64,000 nucleotides of DNA from IMG/VR virus record IMGVR_UViG_3300031413_000001. One strand, written 5' to 3'. This document shows positions 9,974-19,407 of this stretch, piece after piece (positions within the stretch are counted from its first letter, which is position 1; every line of letters begins with the position of its first letter). The stretch is from a virus (taxonomy: Duplodnaviria > Heunggongvirae > Uroviricota > Caudoviricetes). The translations under genes were made by a program, and so were the position numbers. The notes under the pieces are model-generated. The model was not told where the DNA came from. It made no database searches and saw only the letters and a list, made by a program, of their open reading frames with translations.

Positions 9974-10237
9974 TTACGCGGTGTAAATCTCGGCCAGGAT
10001 ATCGTCGACCATCCGGTTGGGCTCACTGTCGCAGGCACCCAAGTGGATGAACTCGTTCATCGCGGTGTTCATTGCGCGCCACACGCTGCTGGGACTGGAG
10101 CCCTCCATGTTGACAGCCGCTTCCAGGGCCTGGTTCAGATGCTTGGCCGCCGTGTCGCGACCCTTGTTTCCGTACAGGTCCCAATCGTCGGCCGTGAACG
10201 TTGCCTTGATGGTCGTCTTCTTCGTCAGTCCGCGCAT
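9974..10237 (-). CDS. Hypothetical protein
   Basis: GGAGATCGG RBS, promoter element. Confidence 0.65.
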   Translation of the reverse strand: MRGLTKKTTIKATFTADDWDLYGNKGRDTAAKHLNQALEAAVNMEGSSPSSVWRAMNTAMNEFIHLGACDSEPNRMVDDILAEIYTA

Positions 10238-10304
10238 TGCCGATCTCCACGTTGTCTGCCTATGTTCTGGTTGTAACACCAGAACACCCAGGGTCAACCA
10301 GTTT

Positions 10305-10577
10305 TCAGAAGAAAGTCACATTCTCCGGACCAAAGTGGAGGACGATTTCACCGACCTGTGCATCAGTGAATGGCTTGCCAGCGTTGGGGTCCACGCCATC
10401 GCAAACGTAGTAGATGCCCTCGTGGAGAACTGCGATATCGCCCTTCAGGGGACCGCCCCACATATCTTCGCAGAATTCCTTGGCGTCTTCGATCGTCTTG
10501 CCACCAGTGCCCAGCGTGAACTCAACGGCCTCGCCGGTGAATTCCATGCCATCGCGATCCGTCGTTACCTGTGCCAT
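10305..10577 (-). CDS. Hypothetical protein
   Basis: AGGAGATCGAAAC-ATG, promoter element. Confidence 0.7.
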   Translation of the reverse strand: MAQVTTDRDGMEFTGEAVEFTLGTGGKTIEDAKEFCEDMWGGPLKGDIAVLHEGIYYVCDGVDPNAGKPFTDAQVGEIVLHFGPENVTFF

Positions 10578-10655
10578 GTTTCGATCTCCTGCTGCGCGCT
10601 TGCGCTGTTTGCCTATGTTCTGGTTTTACAACCTGGACGCTGCGCGTCAACCGCT

Positions 10656-10919
10656 TTATGCAGCGGTGAGCAGCTTTTCATCCATGTAGCCTAGACCATC
10701 TGCAGGCCGACCACGAACCATGTAGAAAGTGCCGTCCGGCTGAACGATGGGAGCGTGGACCTTGTAGCCCCATGCCATCACGGCAGTGTTCACAGCCGCT
10801 GTCTGATGCTTGGTGTGACAATGTCCACCAACCTGGCACCACGTCCGACGACCATCAATGCGGCCTTCGACTTCCACGCCATGCTTGGTGAACTTGACTT
10901 TTTGACCGTTCTCGAACAT
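10656..10919 (-). CDS. Hypothetical protein
   Basis: Promoter element and RBS. Confidence 0.65.
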   Translation of the reverse strand: MFENGQKVKFTKHGVEVEGRIDGRRTWCQVGGHCHTKHQTAAVNTAVMAWGYKVHAPIVQPDGTFYMVRGRPADGLGYMDEKLLTAA

Positions 10920-11189
10920 TGCTTGCTCCTGCTTGCCTATGTTCTGGTTTTAGCAGAACTGGACAGCAGGGCAACCAGTTTTAGTCCTCTTTGGGCAGAA
11001 AACTCACGATCTCGCGAGCAGCCTGGATCTCGCCCTGATCCTCGCCACGCGAATAGGCGTCGTCGATGTTGCCGCCCACGTAGCTATTCAGGTCGAAGTC
11101 ATCGTCCTCATAGTCCATTGCCTTGGCGGCCAGCTTCTTCATACGAGCAACGAACTCGTCCGGGACTTCGATCATCATGGTCTTCTCTC

Positions 11190-11384
11190 CTAGCGATTTG
11201 CGCGACGACTTGCGCGACGGATGCGATTCCTTGCCCGTTCCGGCTTGGCACGACGCTGCCACAAGAGGAACTTAGCACGGCGTGCTCGCTCCAGGGCTAT
11301 AGCGGAATTGACCTCCGACTTGAAATCACGGATCATCTCGTCGCTCATGCTACCCGAGGTGTCGAGGTAGAATGGAATGTTCAT
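11190..11384 (-). CDS. Short vWA-like fragment (DxSxS MIDAS)
   Basis: FYLDTSGSMSDEMIRDFKSEV; only 64 aa. Confidence 0.5.
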   Translation of the reverse strand: MNIPFYLDTSGSMSDEMIRDFKSEVNSAIALERARRAKFLLWQRRAKPERARNRIRRASRRANR

Positions 11385-11641
11385 CAGCCGATGACCTTTG
11401 CGCCATCGACACCGTACGTCCAGTGGCCCTTCAGGCTCTCGCGCATCACGAGGTAGCGATCGGCCTCGTCCTCGCTCATGCCGCGGCTCATCAGGTCACC
11501 GGCGTCCTCACCGTCCGTGAGGTCCATGAATGCGTTGAGGAGTTCCTGAACGGAAACGCCCGTGCCAACCTTGAGCACGCCGTCGAACATGATCTCTGCG
11601 GTGGGGAGAACTTCGCCTACCAGCTGAACTGTCGTCTTCAT
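11384..11641 (-). CDS. Hypothetical protein
   Basis: AGGAGATCGAAG-ATG. Confidence 0.65.
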   Translation of the reverse strand: MKTTVQLVGEVLPTAEIMFDGVLKVGTGVSVQELLNAFMDLTDGEDAGDLMSRGMSEDEADRYLVMRESLKGHWTYGVDGAKVIG

Positions 11642-11933
11642 CTTCGATCTCCTGTCTTCGTTTCCTATAACTCTGGTGTAGCGGATTCCACACCAGAGTC
11701 AACCGCCTTATTCGCCGATGATCAGCGCGCCATCCTGCGTGAGCGTTGCATCTTCGGCCTGGGTGAGACGATCGTCTTCACCTGCGATGGTGATCGCCAT
11801 GTCCAGCTGGATCTCATCCATGTTGTCGATGATTGCCTTCAGCATCCGCGGGGTCAGTACGCTCATCTTCGATCTCCTAGTTGTTTGCCTACAACCCAGA
11901 GTTAGCACATTCTAACTCTGGGTCAACCGCTTT

Positions 11934-12266
11934 TTAGTGCCGCGTGTTGATCGCACCACGTGCCATTGCGCTGTAATACTGCGAGGGCATGTCGGCCTTC
12001 AGACGGGGCGTCAGCATCGCCATGTAGTTGCCGCCCATCGTCTCGTAGCCCTTTGCCAGCTTGCTACGCAGGAGATCGGCGGGGACGCCGTTGATCTCGG
12101 TCTTGAACTTCAGCGCGCCGTTGCGACGACCCCAGAAGCGAACCAGCGTGTTGCCGATCTTCGCCAGACCCCAGACCTTGTCGTTCTGCGCTGCGCCGCC
12201 GCGAATGCCGCGCTTGCCCTCGTTGTAAAAGTGCGCTGCTGCGATGATTTCGATCTGTGCGGCCAT
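11934..12266 (-). CDS. WGR-domain-like protein
   Basis: DKVW...VRFWGRRNG...SKLAKGY. Confidence 0.6.
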   Translation of the reverse strand: MAAQIEIIAAAHFYNEGKRGIRGGAAQNDKVWGLAKIGNTLVRFWGRRNGALKFKTEINGVPADLLRSKLAKGYETMGGNYMAMLTPRLKADMPSQYYSAMARGAINTRH

Positions 12267-12356
12267 TTTCTGCTCCTGCTGTGTGCGTTTCCGATAAACA
12301 GACAATAGCACCAGAGTTTGGCCGCGCAACCGCTTTTTAACCAGAGTTTGAACTTT

Positions 12357-13283
12357 TTATCGACGATGCGTTGCTGCTACCCTCATTGGAACTGCCTGAC
12401 TGGTCCGCGTCTTGTAGCGGATGCTGATCGTCATGGTCACCTGCCGGGTGTTGGCACGACGGGCAATCTTCCGAGCCTTCTTCAGCCGGCGGTTCGCTGC
12501 ATCATCACGCGCCTTCAGCTTTCGCTCACGTGTGGTCATCTCGCGGTAAAAGATGTGGTCACCGATCTGCCCCACGACCGTCATATCATAGCGCCATTTG
12601 GGCTTGACTGCCGGTGTGTGATAGTAGGTTGCCCCACCGGTGTTGTCCGTGTTGTCGCCGTTCCACACCAGCTTTGCATCCTTTTGAATGCTGCGCCAGA
12701 GGATCTTCTCGGGATGATCTTCGGGAAGCTGGAGCATGTTGAAGAACGCAACCCGCTGACTGTCGTCGTTCCGGTTCCATGCGCTGTACTGCCAGGGCTT
12801 GTGACACACTCCCCGGAGACCGATGCCAAACATCCGCTTGTTGGCCAGGACACGATTCTTGATAACGTGCATGACTGCGAGGCGACCGGGACGCTTTTGA
12901 TTCCGCGCTTCCATCCAGGTCGTGACCGCCAGTGGCGTCTCGTTGATGGGGCCGCTGTAGGTGTCGCGAGGAATACGGTGACGGCGGATACGAATCTTGG
13001 TCCGCTTCCGGTGAACCTTGGCCTTGGCGTGCGAGGTGTGGGCTTTGCTGTGAATGGACGGACGATGCTGCGCCGCCGGTGCACTGGCAATCAAGCCAGC
13101 GGCCAGGATACCAGCGATCATGGGCTTGGTGCCACGGCTGACGATCTCTTCTGCGAGAACCTCGCTGGGCTGTGGGCGATGGAAGGTGTGCCGCATTGTC
13201 TCACGCGCACCGGGGATTTGGGTTGACCATTCGTCTTCCGACATCAGGTCGGACGTGAAGGCAATGGTCTGATTAACTGACAT
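12357..13283 (-). CDS. Cell wall hydrolase, SleB/Hydrolase_2 family
   Basis: LAVTTWMEARNQ...AVMHVIKNRV...QYSAWN...TGGATYYH...IGDHIFYR. Confidence 0.9.
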   Translation of the reverse strand: MSVNQTIAFTSDLMSEDEWSTQIPGARETMRHTFHRPQPSEVLAEEIVSRGTKPMIAGILAAGLIASAPAAQHRPSIHSKAHTSHAKAKVHRKRTKIRIRRHRIPRDTYSGPINETPLAVTTWMEARNQKRPGRLAVMHVIKNRVLANKRMFGIGLRGVCHKPWQYSAWNRNDDSQRVAFFNMLQLPEDHPEKILWRSIQKDAKLVWNGDNTDNTGGATYYHTPAVKPKWRYDMTVVGQIGDHIFYREMTTRERKLKARDDAANRRLKKARKIARRANTRQVTMTISIRYKTRTSQAVPMRVAATHRR

Positions 13284-13360
13284 TCTATTCGATCTCCAAG
13301 AACATTGTTCTACGTCTATGCAACAATATCCTTAAAGAAGCGTTTGCGAGTTGTCAAATC

Positions 13361-13705
13361 CTAGACAGTCTCGCGCCAGTTGTCACCAAAGCCGCGACGA
13401 CCGCCACTCTTTATGGCGTAGCTGGCAACCTCCCGGGCATACCTGCAACCCTCACTGCCAGCGGAAAAGCTCACGCAGACAGCAGGTCGCTTCCGGTATA
13501 TCGTGCAGCCCACACAAGCGCCAATGGTTCCCTCGAGTGCTTGGCAGCGTCCACCGAGGTGCCGTTTGAGAAAGCCACCAGTGACCATACGCTTGGGAGT
13601 GGAGTCCTCGGGCGTCACAGAAACTTTGCCGGCCACGACGCAACATGCGCCGCAAGCCTGGCAATCATATGGACCCTCTGGGGGAAGTGCGTCAGACTTC
13701 TGCAT
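13361..13705 (-). CDS. YkgJ-family cysteine cluster (CxxCxxCC) protein
   Basis: DCQACGACC...RCQAL...CTIYRKRPAVC. Confidence 0.85.
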   Translation of the reverse strand: MQKSDALPPEGPYDCQACGACCVVAGKVSVTPEDSTPKRMVTGGFLKRHLGGRCQALEGTIGACVGCTIYRKRPAVCVSFSAGSEGCRYAREVASYAIKSGGRRGFGDNWRETV

Positions 13706-13934
13706 AAAGACGCACCGTTACGTTACCGCCAGGCGAAAAATAATCGTATGCCTGACCGTCGAGATTTTCGGCCGTCTCGATGTTGGGGAGAAAAAGCTTC
13801 ATGCGACCCGTCAGCGCGCTCTTGATGTAAAAGCCCGAGAGGGGAAAGCCGTGAATCTTAAGATCGTCCAGAAAGCTAACGCCCTCATTGGACTTCCACT
13901 TAAAGTCCTGGCTCTTAAAAGTCCGCATCGTCAT
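13692..13934 (-). CDS. Hypothetical protein
   Basis: Promoter element upstream. Confidence 0.6.
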   Translation of the reverse strand: MTMRTFKSQDFKWKSNEGVSFLDDLKIHGFPLSGFYIKSALTGRMKLFLPNIETAENLDGQAYDYFSPGGNVTVRLYAEV

Positions 13935-13999
13935 CGCCTGTTCTCCGCTGCCTATACACCAGAGTTAGCAGAAACTGGAACACTGTCAACCAGTTTTAT

Positions 14000-14172
14000 T
14001 CAGTCACAGGCAGAAACGGGAGGGACAAGCCCTCCCGATGACCGCAGTTGATCTCAGGATTATCTCCCGGAAGCCATATCCGGGGCCTGAGGACCGCTAA
14101 CAAAACCACGCTGCCCTTTTTCTGGAATCGGGCTCTTTATGCCGGGCTGTAAACAATACCGAGCGTCTTGTT
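14000..14172 (-). ncRNA. Candidate structured small RNA
   Basis: Own promoter (14181-14206), no RBS or sizeable ORF, nested stems 14053-14091, hairpin 14017-14037 followed by UUUC. Confidence 0.45.
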
Positions 14173-14339
14173 ACCAGTTGTTTAGCACTCTGGTTGGGCA
14201 CGTCAACCAGAGATTTAGGGTTGTTGATTTATCCAAGCTTCACGCGCTCCACGTGTGGCAAAACGACGGCTCAGATTTCCTTGCCGGGCAAAGTAGTGGT
14301 TTCCCTCGGTGGTCAGGGTCCAGCCCTTGTAGACAACCA

Positions 14340-14693
14340 TCAGTCGTCCACCCCTGCGCCCCAGTATTGGTCATGGATGCTGTCATTCTTATCGTGACAG
14401 AACAAGCGGGTCTTCTTGACCATGGCGGACCAATCATCCCAGACCAAGTCTAGCTCAACCGTGTCATCGCCATCTTTGGGCGGAACGCTCTCGAGAAGGA
14501 TACTGAGCTCCTCGACTTCCTTGATCTTCCACTTGCTGTCCTTGGGCGAGAAGCCCGCCTCCAGCCATACCTGGCCAGTTGCGGGTTCTGTTTCCTCAGC
14601 CTTGCGCCAAAGGTACAAGCGATAAGGAATGCGCCAATATTTCCATGCTGCCCACCCGGCGGTGGTCAATGTTCCAAATGTAATCAGCGCCAT
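14340..14693 (-). CDS. Hypothetical membrane-anchored protein
   Basis: GGAGG RBS, N-terminal hydrophobic segment. Confidence 0.55.
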   Translation of the reverse strand: MALITFGTLTTAGWAAWKYWRIPYRLYLWRKAEETEPATGQVWLEAGFSPKDSKWKIKEVEELSILLESVPPKDGDDTVELDLVWDDWSAMVKKTRLFCHDKNDSIHDQYWGAGVDD

Positions 14694-14741
14694 TCTGCCC
14701 TCCAAACCAACCCATTACTTATGGATTGGCCGGGGGCAGTT

Positions 14742-15404
14742 TTAGCGGTTGGCTGAGGGGATTGTTGGGCTCACTGCGCCCTGGCGAGGGTTGGGGATCG
14801 CTGGATCCAGCGGAGTAAGGGCCGGATCTTTGAACTCCGGGGTGTTGCGAATCTTCATCGCATTGCCCAGCATGGCATAGGGAGCCAGCGTACCATCGGC
14901 CAGCTTGTACCGGCCCTTGGTGTTGCTGCCCGGACATGCGAAGCCAGTTGCGCTGTAGAAGGCGTCAGCGTTCATTGGGTTGCGGCTGTCTCGATCTTGG
15001 CAGAGGCGTGTGACTGCGACGCCCGAGAGTCCAAGCGCAAACCACGCTGCTGCGTCGCTTCTCCGCGTACAGTCCTGGTCATTCTTGCCGATGTTGATGT
15101 TGAAGCCGATGGGGCCACCTGCGCCCCCCACACCAGTACCAACCAAGCATGGGTTAGCACCAGCAAAGTAACTGCCACTAACACTCGGAGTCGTGTAGGT
15201 GTGGCCGCTATAGTTGACATCCTGCTTTTGCGGGACATTGGTCTGGGGACCTGTGATTGCTTGAACGTTCACTACGTTCGTTGCTTGGCTGGTACCAGTT
15301 GTGCTGTTGGTACCCGGTGTGGAACCATTGGCGTTTCCGTCTGTGGTCTGTGCCAGAGCCGGACCGCTGAGCAACATGCTCAACAATAGAATGAGTTTAC
15401 GCAT
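14742..15404 (-). CDS. Secreted protein, Cys-containing domain
   Basis: Signal peptide MRKLILLLSMLLSGPALA; NPC...DCTRR...LCQD. Confidence 0.75.
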   Translation of the reverse strand: MRKLILLLSMLLSGPALAQTTDGNANGSTPGTNSTTGTSQATNVVNVQAITGPQTNVPQKQDVNYSGHTYTTPSVSGSYFAGANPCLVGTGVGGAGGPIGFNINIGKNDQDCTRRSDAAAWFALGLSGVAVTRLCQDRDSRNPMNADAFYSATGFACPGSNTKGRYKLADGTLAPYAMLGNAMKIRNTPEFKDPALTPLDPAIPNPRQGAVSPTIPSANR

Positions 15405-15429
15405 CTCTCTCCCCTTAGTTTCACGGATT

Positions 15430-15460
15430 AAAAGTTGGGAGGGGTTTTAGGCCCCTCCCA
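15430..15460 (-). terminator. Intrinsic terminator
   Basis: TGGGAGGGG/CCCCTCCCA stem with U-tract on minus strand. Confidence 0.7.
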
Positions 15461-15470
15461 GGGAGTTGGC

Positions 15471-16121
15471 TCAGTTGGTCGACTCGTCGCTATGCGAGTT
15501 GCTGGCGCTGTTGGAGTTGCTGTTGCTGGCCGAGAAGTCCTGGAAGGACGACTGGGCGGCCTGGTAGTTGGAGTAGTTGGAGGCCTGGTTGGCATAGCCA
15601 GTCTCGTTCTGGTAAGCCGTGTAGCCACCGTCGACGCGAACCGAGAAGGCCGAACCGCCATTGCTCTGACCGAACGTCTGGACCGAAGCCTGGAACGCGC
15701 CGCCATTGTCAACGGTGCCCGTTGCGAAGCCCGAGTGGTTGCTGGTCGTTGTGGTCTCGAACGGTGTCACGCTGGTCTGGCTGTATGCCGTGCCATTGCT
15801 CTCGAAGCGCGCGAACGCATCATTGGCCGAACCGCCCAACGTGGTGTTGAAACCCGATGCGGACGAACCGATCGTGTTGCCGTTGCCGTTGAACGTGCCG
15901 TTGATGTTGGCCGACTGGCCGGCGTTGTTGGTGCCGCCCTGATTGGAGAAGCCCATCGTGCTGAAGGCGTTCTGACCATTGTTGATGGTCGTCGTCGAGG
16001 CCTGTGAACCGCTCTGCGATGCGCTGTTGCTGTTCGACTGTGTGTTGGACTGTGCCGAAGCTGCGCCCGAAACCGTCAGTGCCAGCGCCGCAACGGCGCC
16101 CATAAAGATGTGCTTCATCAT
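15471..16121 (-). CDS. Secreted Asn/Ser/Gly/Gln-rich low-complexity protein
   Basis: Signal peptide ending ASA-Q; N/S/G-rich mature region. Confidence 0.75.
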   Translation of the reverse strand: MMKHIFMGAVAALALTVSGAASAQSNTQSNSNSASQSGSQASTTTINNGQNAFSTMGFSNQGGTNNAGQSANINGTFNGNGNTIGSSASGFNTTLGGSANDAFARFESNGTAYSQTSVTPFETTTTSNHSGFATGTVDNGGAFQASVQTFGQSNGGSAFSVRVDGGYTAYQNETGYANQASNYSNYQAAQSSFQDFSASNSNSNSASNSHSDESTN

Positions 16122-16439
16122 CGATCTCCTATGGCCTAACAAAGCGTTAAGCTGCTATTAAGCTGCGACAGTTCTGCAGGGCTGTCAAACAAAAATCGCA
16201 ACTATCTTTGAAGTAAAGTGTTGCTCGACTTTTGCGGTTGCAACATAGGAGAGTAGGTTACTTACAAGCTACGCCTGCATCAATCCCAAAAGTCGATGCC
16301 GTTCATGAGCAGAACGATCACCACTGCGATGAGAAGCGGAATCCAACAGGCGAGCCAACCAAAGGCCGTGATGGCGAAAAGCGCCTTGATTGCTGTTACG
16401 ACGATGCTGGCAATGACGCCGAGGAAGATGAGAAACATC

Positions 16440-17207
16440 TCAGGCAAGGGGAACCCTTTCAAACAAAATGTCGGTGCGGATGATGATCTTCTCAGGATCA
16501 CCGGCTACCAGTGGCTCGCTGTCGTGGAGCATACGATGCGGGAACAATAGCGCGGAACCTTCCTGTGGTGCCACGCGAAGGGCTACCTCATCCTCTCGAG
16601 CACTGCGATCCCAGTCCGAGAAGTTGTATTCCCACATGGGCTTTCCCACTTGCTCGTCGTGGATGAATCGTGTCGCGCCATGCTCGTTAGTGGTCAAGTA
16701 GATGACCAGCGTTTCCAGGGTCCTGATCTCACGGCTTTGACGAAACGTCTCGTCATAGTGGGCAACCAGCTTTCCGCCTTCCGCATAACGAATGTAACGG
16801 AATAGCGGAGATACCCCAATGGGGCGCCATACGGGGTAGCCGTCGTGATCGGTGGGCGAGGTAGCATCGCAAAGCATCCGGTCGCCATAGAAGGGCCGCA
16901 AGCGTTCCCAGATGCGTTCCGCCAGCGCGGGGTTCCAGTTGGAAAGCCTGTAGTTTCCGATCTCATTGTAGGTGTGGTCGGCTTTGCCATCCAATCCCAC
17001 TGCCAGCCACTTGTTCTTGTCCAGCTGTTCCCGGAGCGTCGCGGTGATCTGCCAGCCCAGCAGGTTGTCGACTACTTCGACGGAATAGGAAGTGCCGGGA
17101 ACGTTCTCGAAGGTCCGGCCAGGCAAAACGCCCCAGCTATCGTCGATGGAAGCCTGCGCGGCATCATCGAGTTCGAAGTGGTTTACAAAGTTGGACTTGT
17201 CAACCAT
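16440..17207 (-). CDS. 2-oxoglutarate/Fe(II)-dependent oxygenase (prolyl-4-hydroxylase-like)
   Basis: FRYIRY...HYD (HxD), IYLT, GSALLFPHRMLHDS, KIIIRTD. Confidence 0.85.
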   Translation of the reverse strand: MVDKSNFVNHFELDDAAQASIDDSWGVLPGRTFENVPGTSYSVEVVDNLLGWQITATLREQLDKNKWLAVGLDGKADHTYNEIGNYRLSNWNPALAERIWERLRPFYGDRMLCDATSPTDHDGYPVWRPIGVSPLFRYIRYAEGGKLVAHYDETFRQSREIRTLETLVIYLTTNEHGATRFIHDEQVGKPMWEYNFSDWDRSAREDEVALRVAPQEGSALLFPHRMLHDSEPLVAGDPEKIIIRTDILFERVPLA

Positions 17208-17726
17208 TGTCGTCCTCCAGAACTTCCAGGTCCTCTGCATTGTAAGGACCAAACATCCTGTCATCCTCAGGATCCTGGACGCTCAGGTCAACTCGGAGCC
17301 AACCATCATCGAACAGCACGGCCTCACCAACGAAGCCAGTGCAGCCATCGGTGCACCTGATTATCTTGACCTTTTGGCCATCAAGTTCCTGATTGTCCAA
17401 CTCGTTGCCTCCTTGCAGCCAATATCAGGATCAGCTGGTCGGACAGCTTTTCGGCGTCCTCGTACCTGATCTTACTGGCTATCTGTATAGGGCCTTCCTG
17501 GATTGTCAACAGGATATTTTCCTCGTTGAGATCCGAGGCGTTGACATTGACGGGCCGGGGACGGGGCATCAGTCCTGGAGACGACCGATTGGATCCATCA
17601 TGCCGCAAAGCCGAAGCCATGCGCGATGGCTCTTGGCAGCCGCAGCATCAGCGGCCTTCTGTGCTTCCACCTTTCGTGCTGCTTCGCGCATTTCGATCTC
17701 TGCGATAACCTGTCCGTACTGGCTCA

Positions 17727-18755
17727 TTATGCCCTCCAGGGAGTGTTGTTCCAGCCACCAGTAACACCACAATCCAGGATGTCAAGGTGGACAGCGGGCG
17801 ACCGACCCAGATACTTGTGAGCGTTGTACTTGTGCATACGCTCCAGGTTCTCGCTGTATTCCTCCCACTGTGCCTGGGCTGCTGGGAGATTGTTGCCGAT
17901 GCTCAGGCAGCGCGTGACATCATAGACCACACTGTCGACGCCACCATAGGCAAGCTGTCGAGCACCAGCGCGCTTGAACTCCATGTAGAGCTCCACGAAA
18001 TCATATGGAGCGCCGAACACAACCTCGTCAGTCGTCGCATCATACATATCGCCAGTTGGGGCGCGATTTAGGACTTCCTCGGGAACACCCAGGAAACGAC
18101 CCAGATCGTAGATCTCGCTCTTGTAAGCATCGCTGATCAGCTGAACGTCGACCATGCCATCGCTAGCCTTGCCGAAATAGCCGAGGTAGCCGCCCTCCGA
18201 AAGGTTGGTCGTGCCGATCATCAGGCCAGGCTGACCCTGTGCTGCCAGGATGCTGGTAACATAATAGTAAGCCGGCGTCCGCGCGTAGCTGGTTGCCTGA
18301 CCAGCGCACCACAGTTCCTTTTCATCGCTGGGATACCCGACTGCGCTCTCGACCTCTGCGATCAATGGACCGGTGATTCGGCTCATATTGATCACTGCGG
18401 CCTTGACCCCAAAAGCCTCGCAGACTTCCTGTGCGAGCCGCGTGGCCTGCCTCTGGCCCGTAACCCCTGGGTTGACGTTGTCGGGCATTGTGATTGCCAC
18501 GATACGTTCGATGGGGCTGTCATCGGCCCGAGCGGCCATTTCCACGAGGCCGAGAACGACCGCGCTGTCGATGCCGCCCGACACTGCGACGACGGCGGAC
18601 TTGAGCCCTGCCTGACGATAGTAGTCGTTGAGGAGAATGGTCTTTCGTTCGATGTAGTCCTCGACCACGAAGTTCCGTGCCTCGCGGACAATTTCCAGTG
18701 CCCTCTTGAGCGCGGGCTCCATGACCATGTTGGTCTTTTCGTTACGAATTTCCAA
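17727..18755 (-). CDS. nadE: NH3-dependent NAD+ synthetase
   Basis: VAVSGGIDSAVV, GTTNLSE, GYFGKASDG, KSEIYDLGRFLGVP, APTGDM, TDE. Confidence 0.9.
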   Translation of the reverse strand: MEIRNEKTNMVMEPALKRALEIVREARNFVVEDYIERKTILLNDYYRQAGLKSAVVAVSGGIDSAVVLGLVEMAARADDSPIERIVAITMPDNVNPGVTGQRQATRLAQEVCEAFGVKAAVINMSRITGPLIAEVESAVGYPSDEKELWCAGQATSYARTPAYYYVTSILAAQGQPGLMIGTTNLSEGGYLGYFGKASDGMVDVQLISDAYKSEIYDLGRFLGVPEEVLNRAPTGDMYDATTDEVVFGAPYDFVELYMEFKRAGARQLAYGGVDSVVYDVTRCLSIGNNLPAAQAQWEEYSENLERMHKYNAHKYLGRSPAVHLDILDCGVTGGWNNTPWRA

Positions 18756-18820
18756 TTTCGATCTCCTGTTGTTCCATTCAACATAGTGCCAGACTGGAAC
18801 GCGTCAACCAGTTTAGTCAC

Positions 18821-18856
18821 AAAAAAGCGCGCTAGTTTCCCAGCGCGCTCTCTTTT
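18821..18856. terminator. Probable bidirectional intrinsic terminator
   Basis: AAAAA-AGCGCGCT-loop-AGCGCGCT-CTCTTTT. Confidence 0.65.
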
Positions 18857-18858
18857 GC

Positions 18859-19206
18859 TTAACGCGTCTTAAGCCACTTTGTGCGCTGCTTAATTGCTTT
18901 TTTGTAAGCTGCAATAACTTTGCTGTTGTTGCCCTTAAGTTCCATCGCTTCATAAACAAAAGCGCGCCCAGTCAACTCCAGTTCATCGTTAGTCATGTTG
19001 TACACTGTTTCAGGATCATGTCCCAGTGCTTTCATGTCTGCTTCAAACGTGTCGTCAAGCTCATCGTTTGTTACGTCAACGCTTGCGTACTCATTGTTGT
19101 TGTGCAGCGTCAAGTCTGATGCCCAGTTGTGCAGCGTGTCGTCATTGAAAGTGTTTGCAGTCTGGATTGCAGCGCGCACAACAAGCGTGTTTTCGATCTT
19201 GCTCAT
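18859..19206 (-). CDS. Hypothetical protein (AT-richer than neighbours)
   Basis: Own promoter element and terminator. Confidence 0.7.
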   Translation of the reverse strand: MSKIENTLVVRAAIQTANTFNDDTLHNWASDLTLHNNNEYASVDVTNDELDDTFEADMKALGHDPETVYNMTNDELELTGRAFVYEAMELKGNNSKVIAAYKKAIKQRTKWLKTR

Positions 19207-19229
19207 TTTGTAGTCCTTTGTTTGTTTGC

Positions 19230-19385
19230 TTCCGATAAACAGACATTAGCATAAAACTGGAAACGCGCAAGCAAAAAAGTACTCAGTTTCAAAAATAATT
19301 GAGCTAAAAATGCGCGCAAAATTGCCCTTTTTGAGTAAAACTGGTTGCAGTAACTCTGGTTTATGCTAATGTCTTTTTATCGGAA
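19230..19385. promoter_or_regulatory. Back-to-back promoter pair forming a 26-bp inverted repeat around an A-tract spacer
   Basis: TTCCGATAAACAGACATTAGCATAAA (19230-19255) vs TTTATGCTAATGTCTTTTTATCGGAA (19360-19385), 1 mismatch. Confidence 0.75.
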
Positions 19386-19407
19386 ACGCACAAAGCGGAG
19401 TAACAAA

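Noticed and set aside
14005-14115. Hammerhead ribozyme (CTGAGGA and GAAAC on plus strand)
   Set aside because: No UH cleavage triplet after the candidate stem III, no stem II adjacent to CUGANGA, and the promoter points to the opposite strand.
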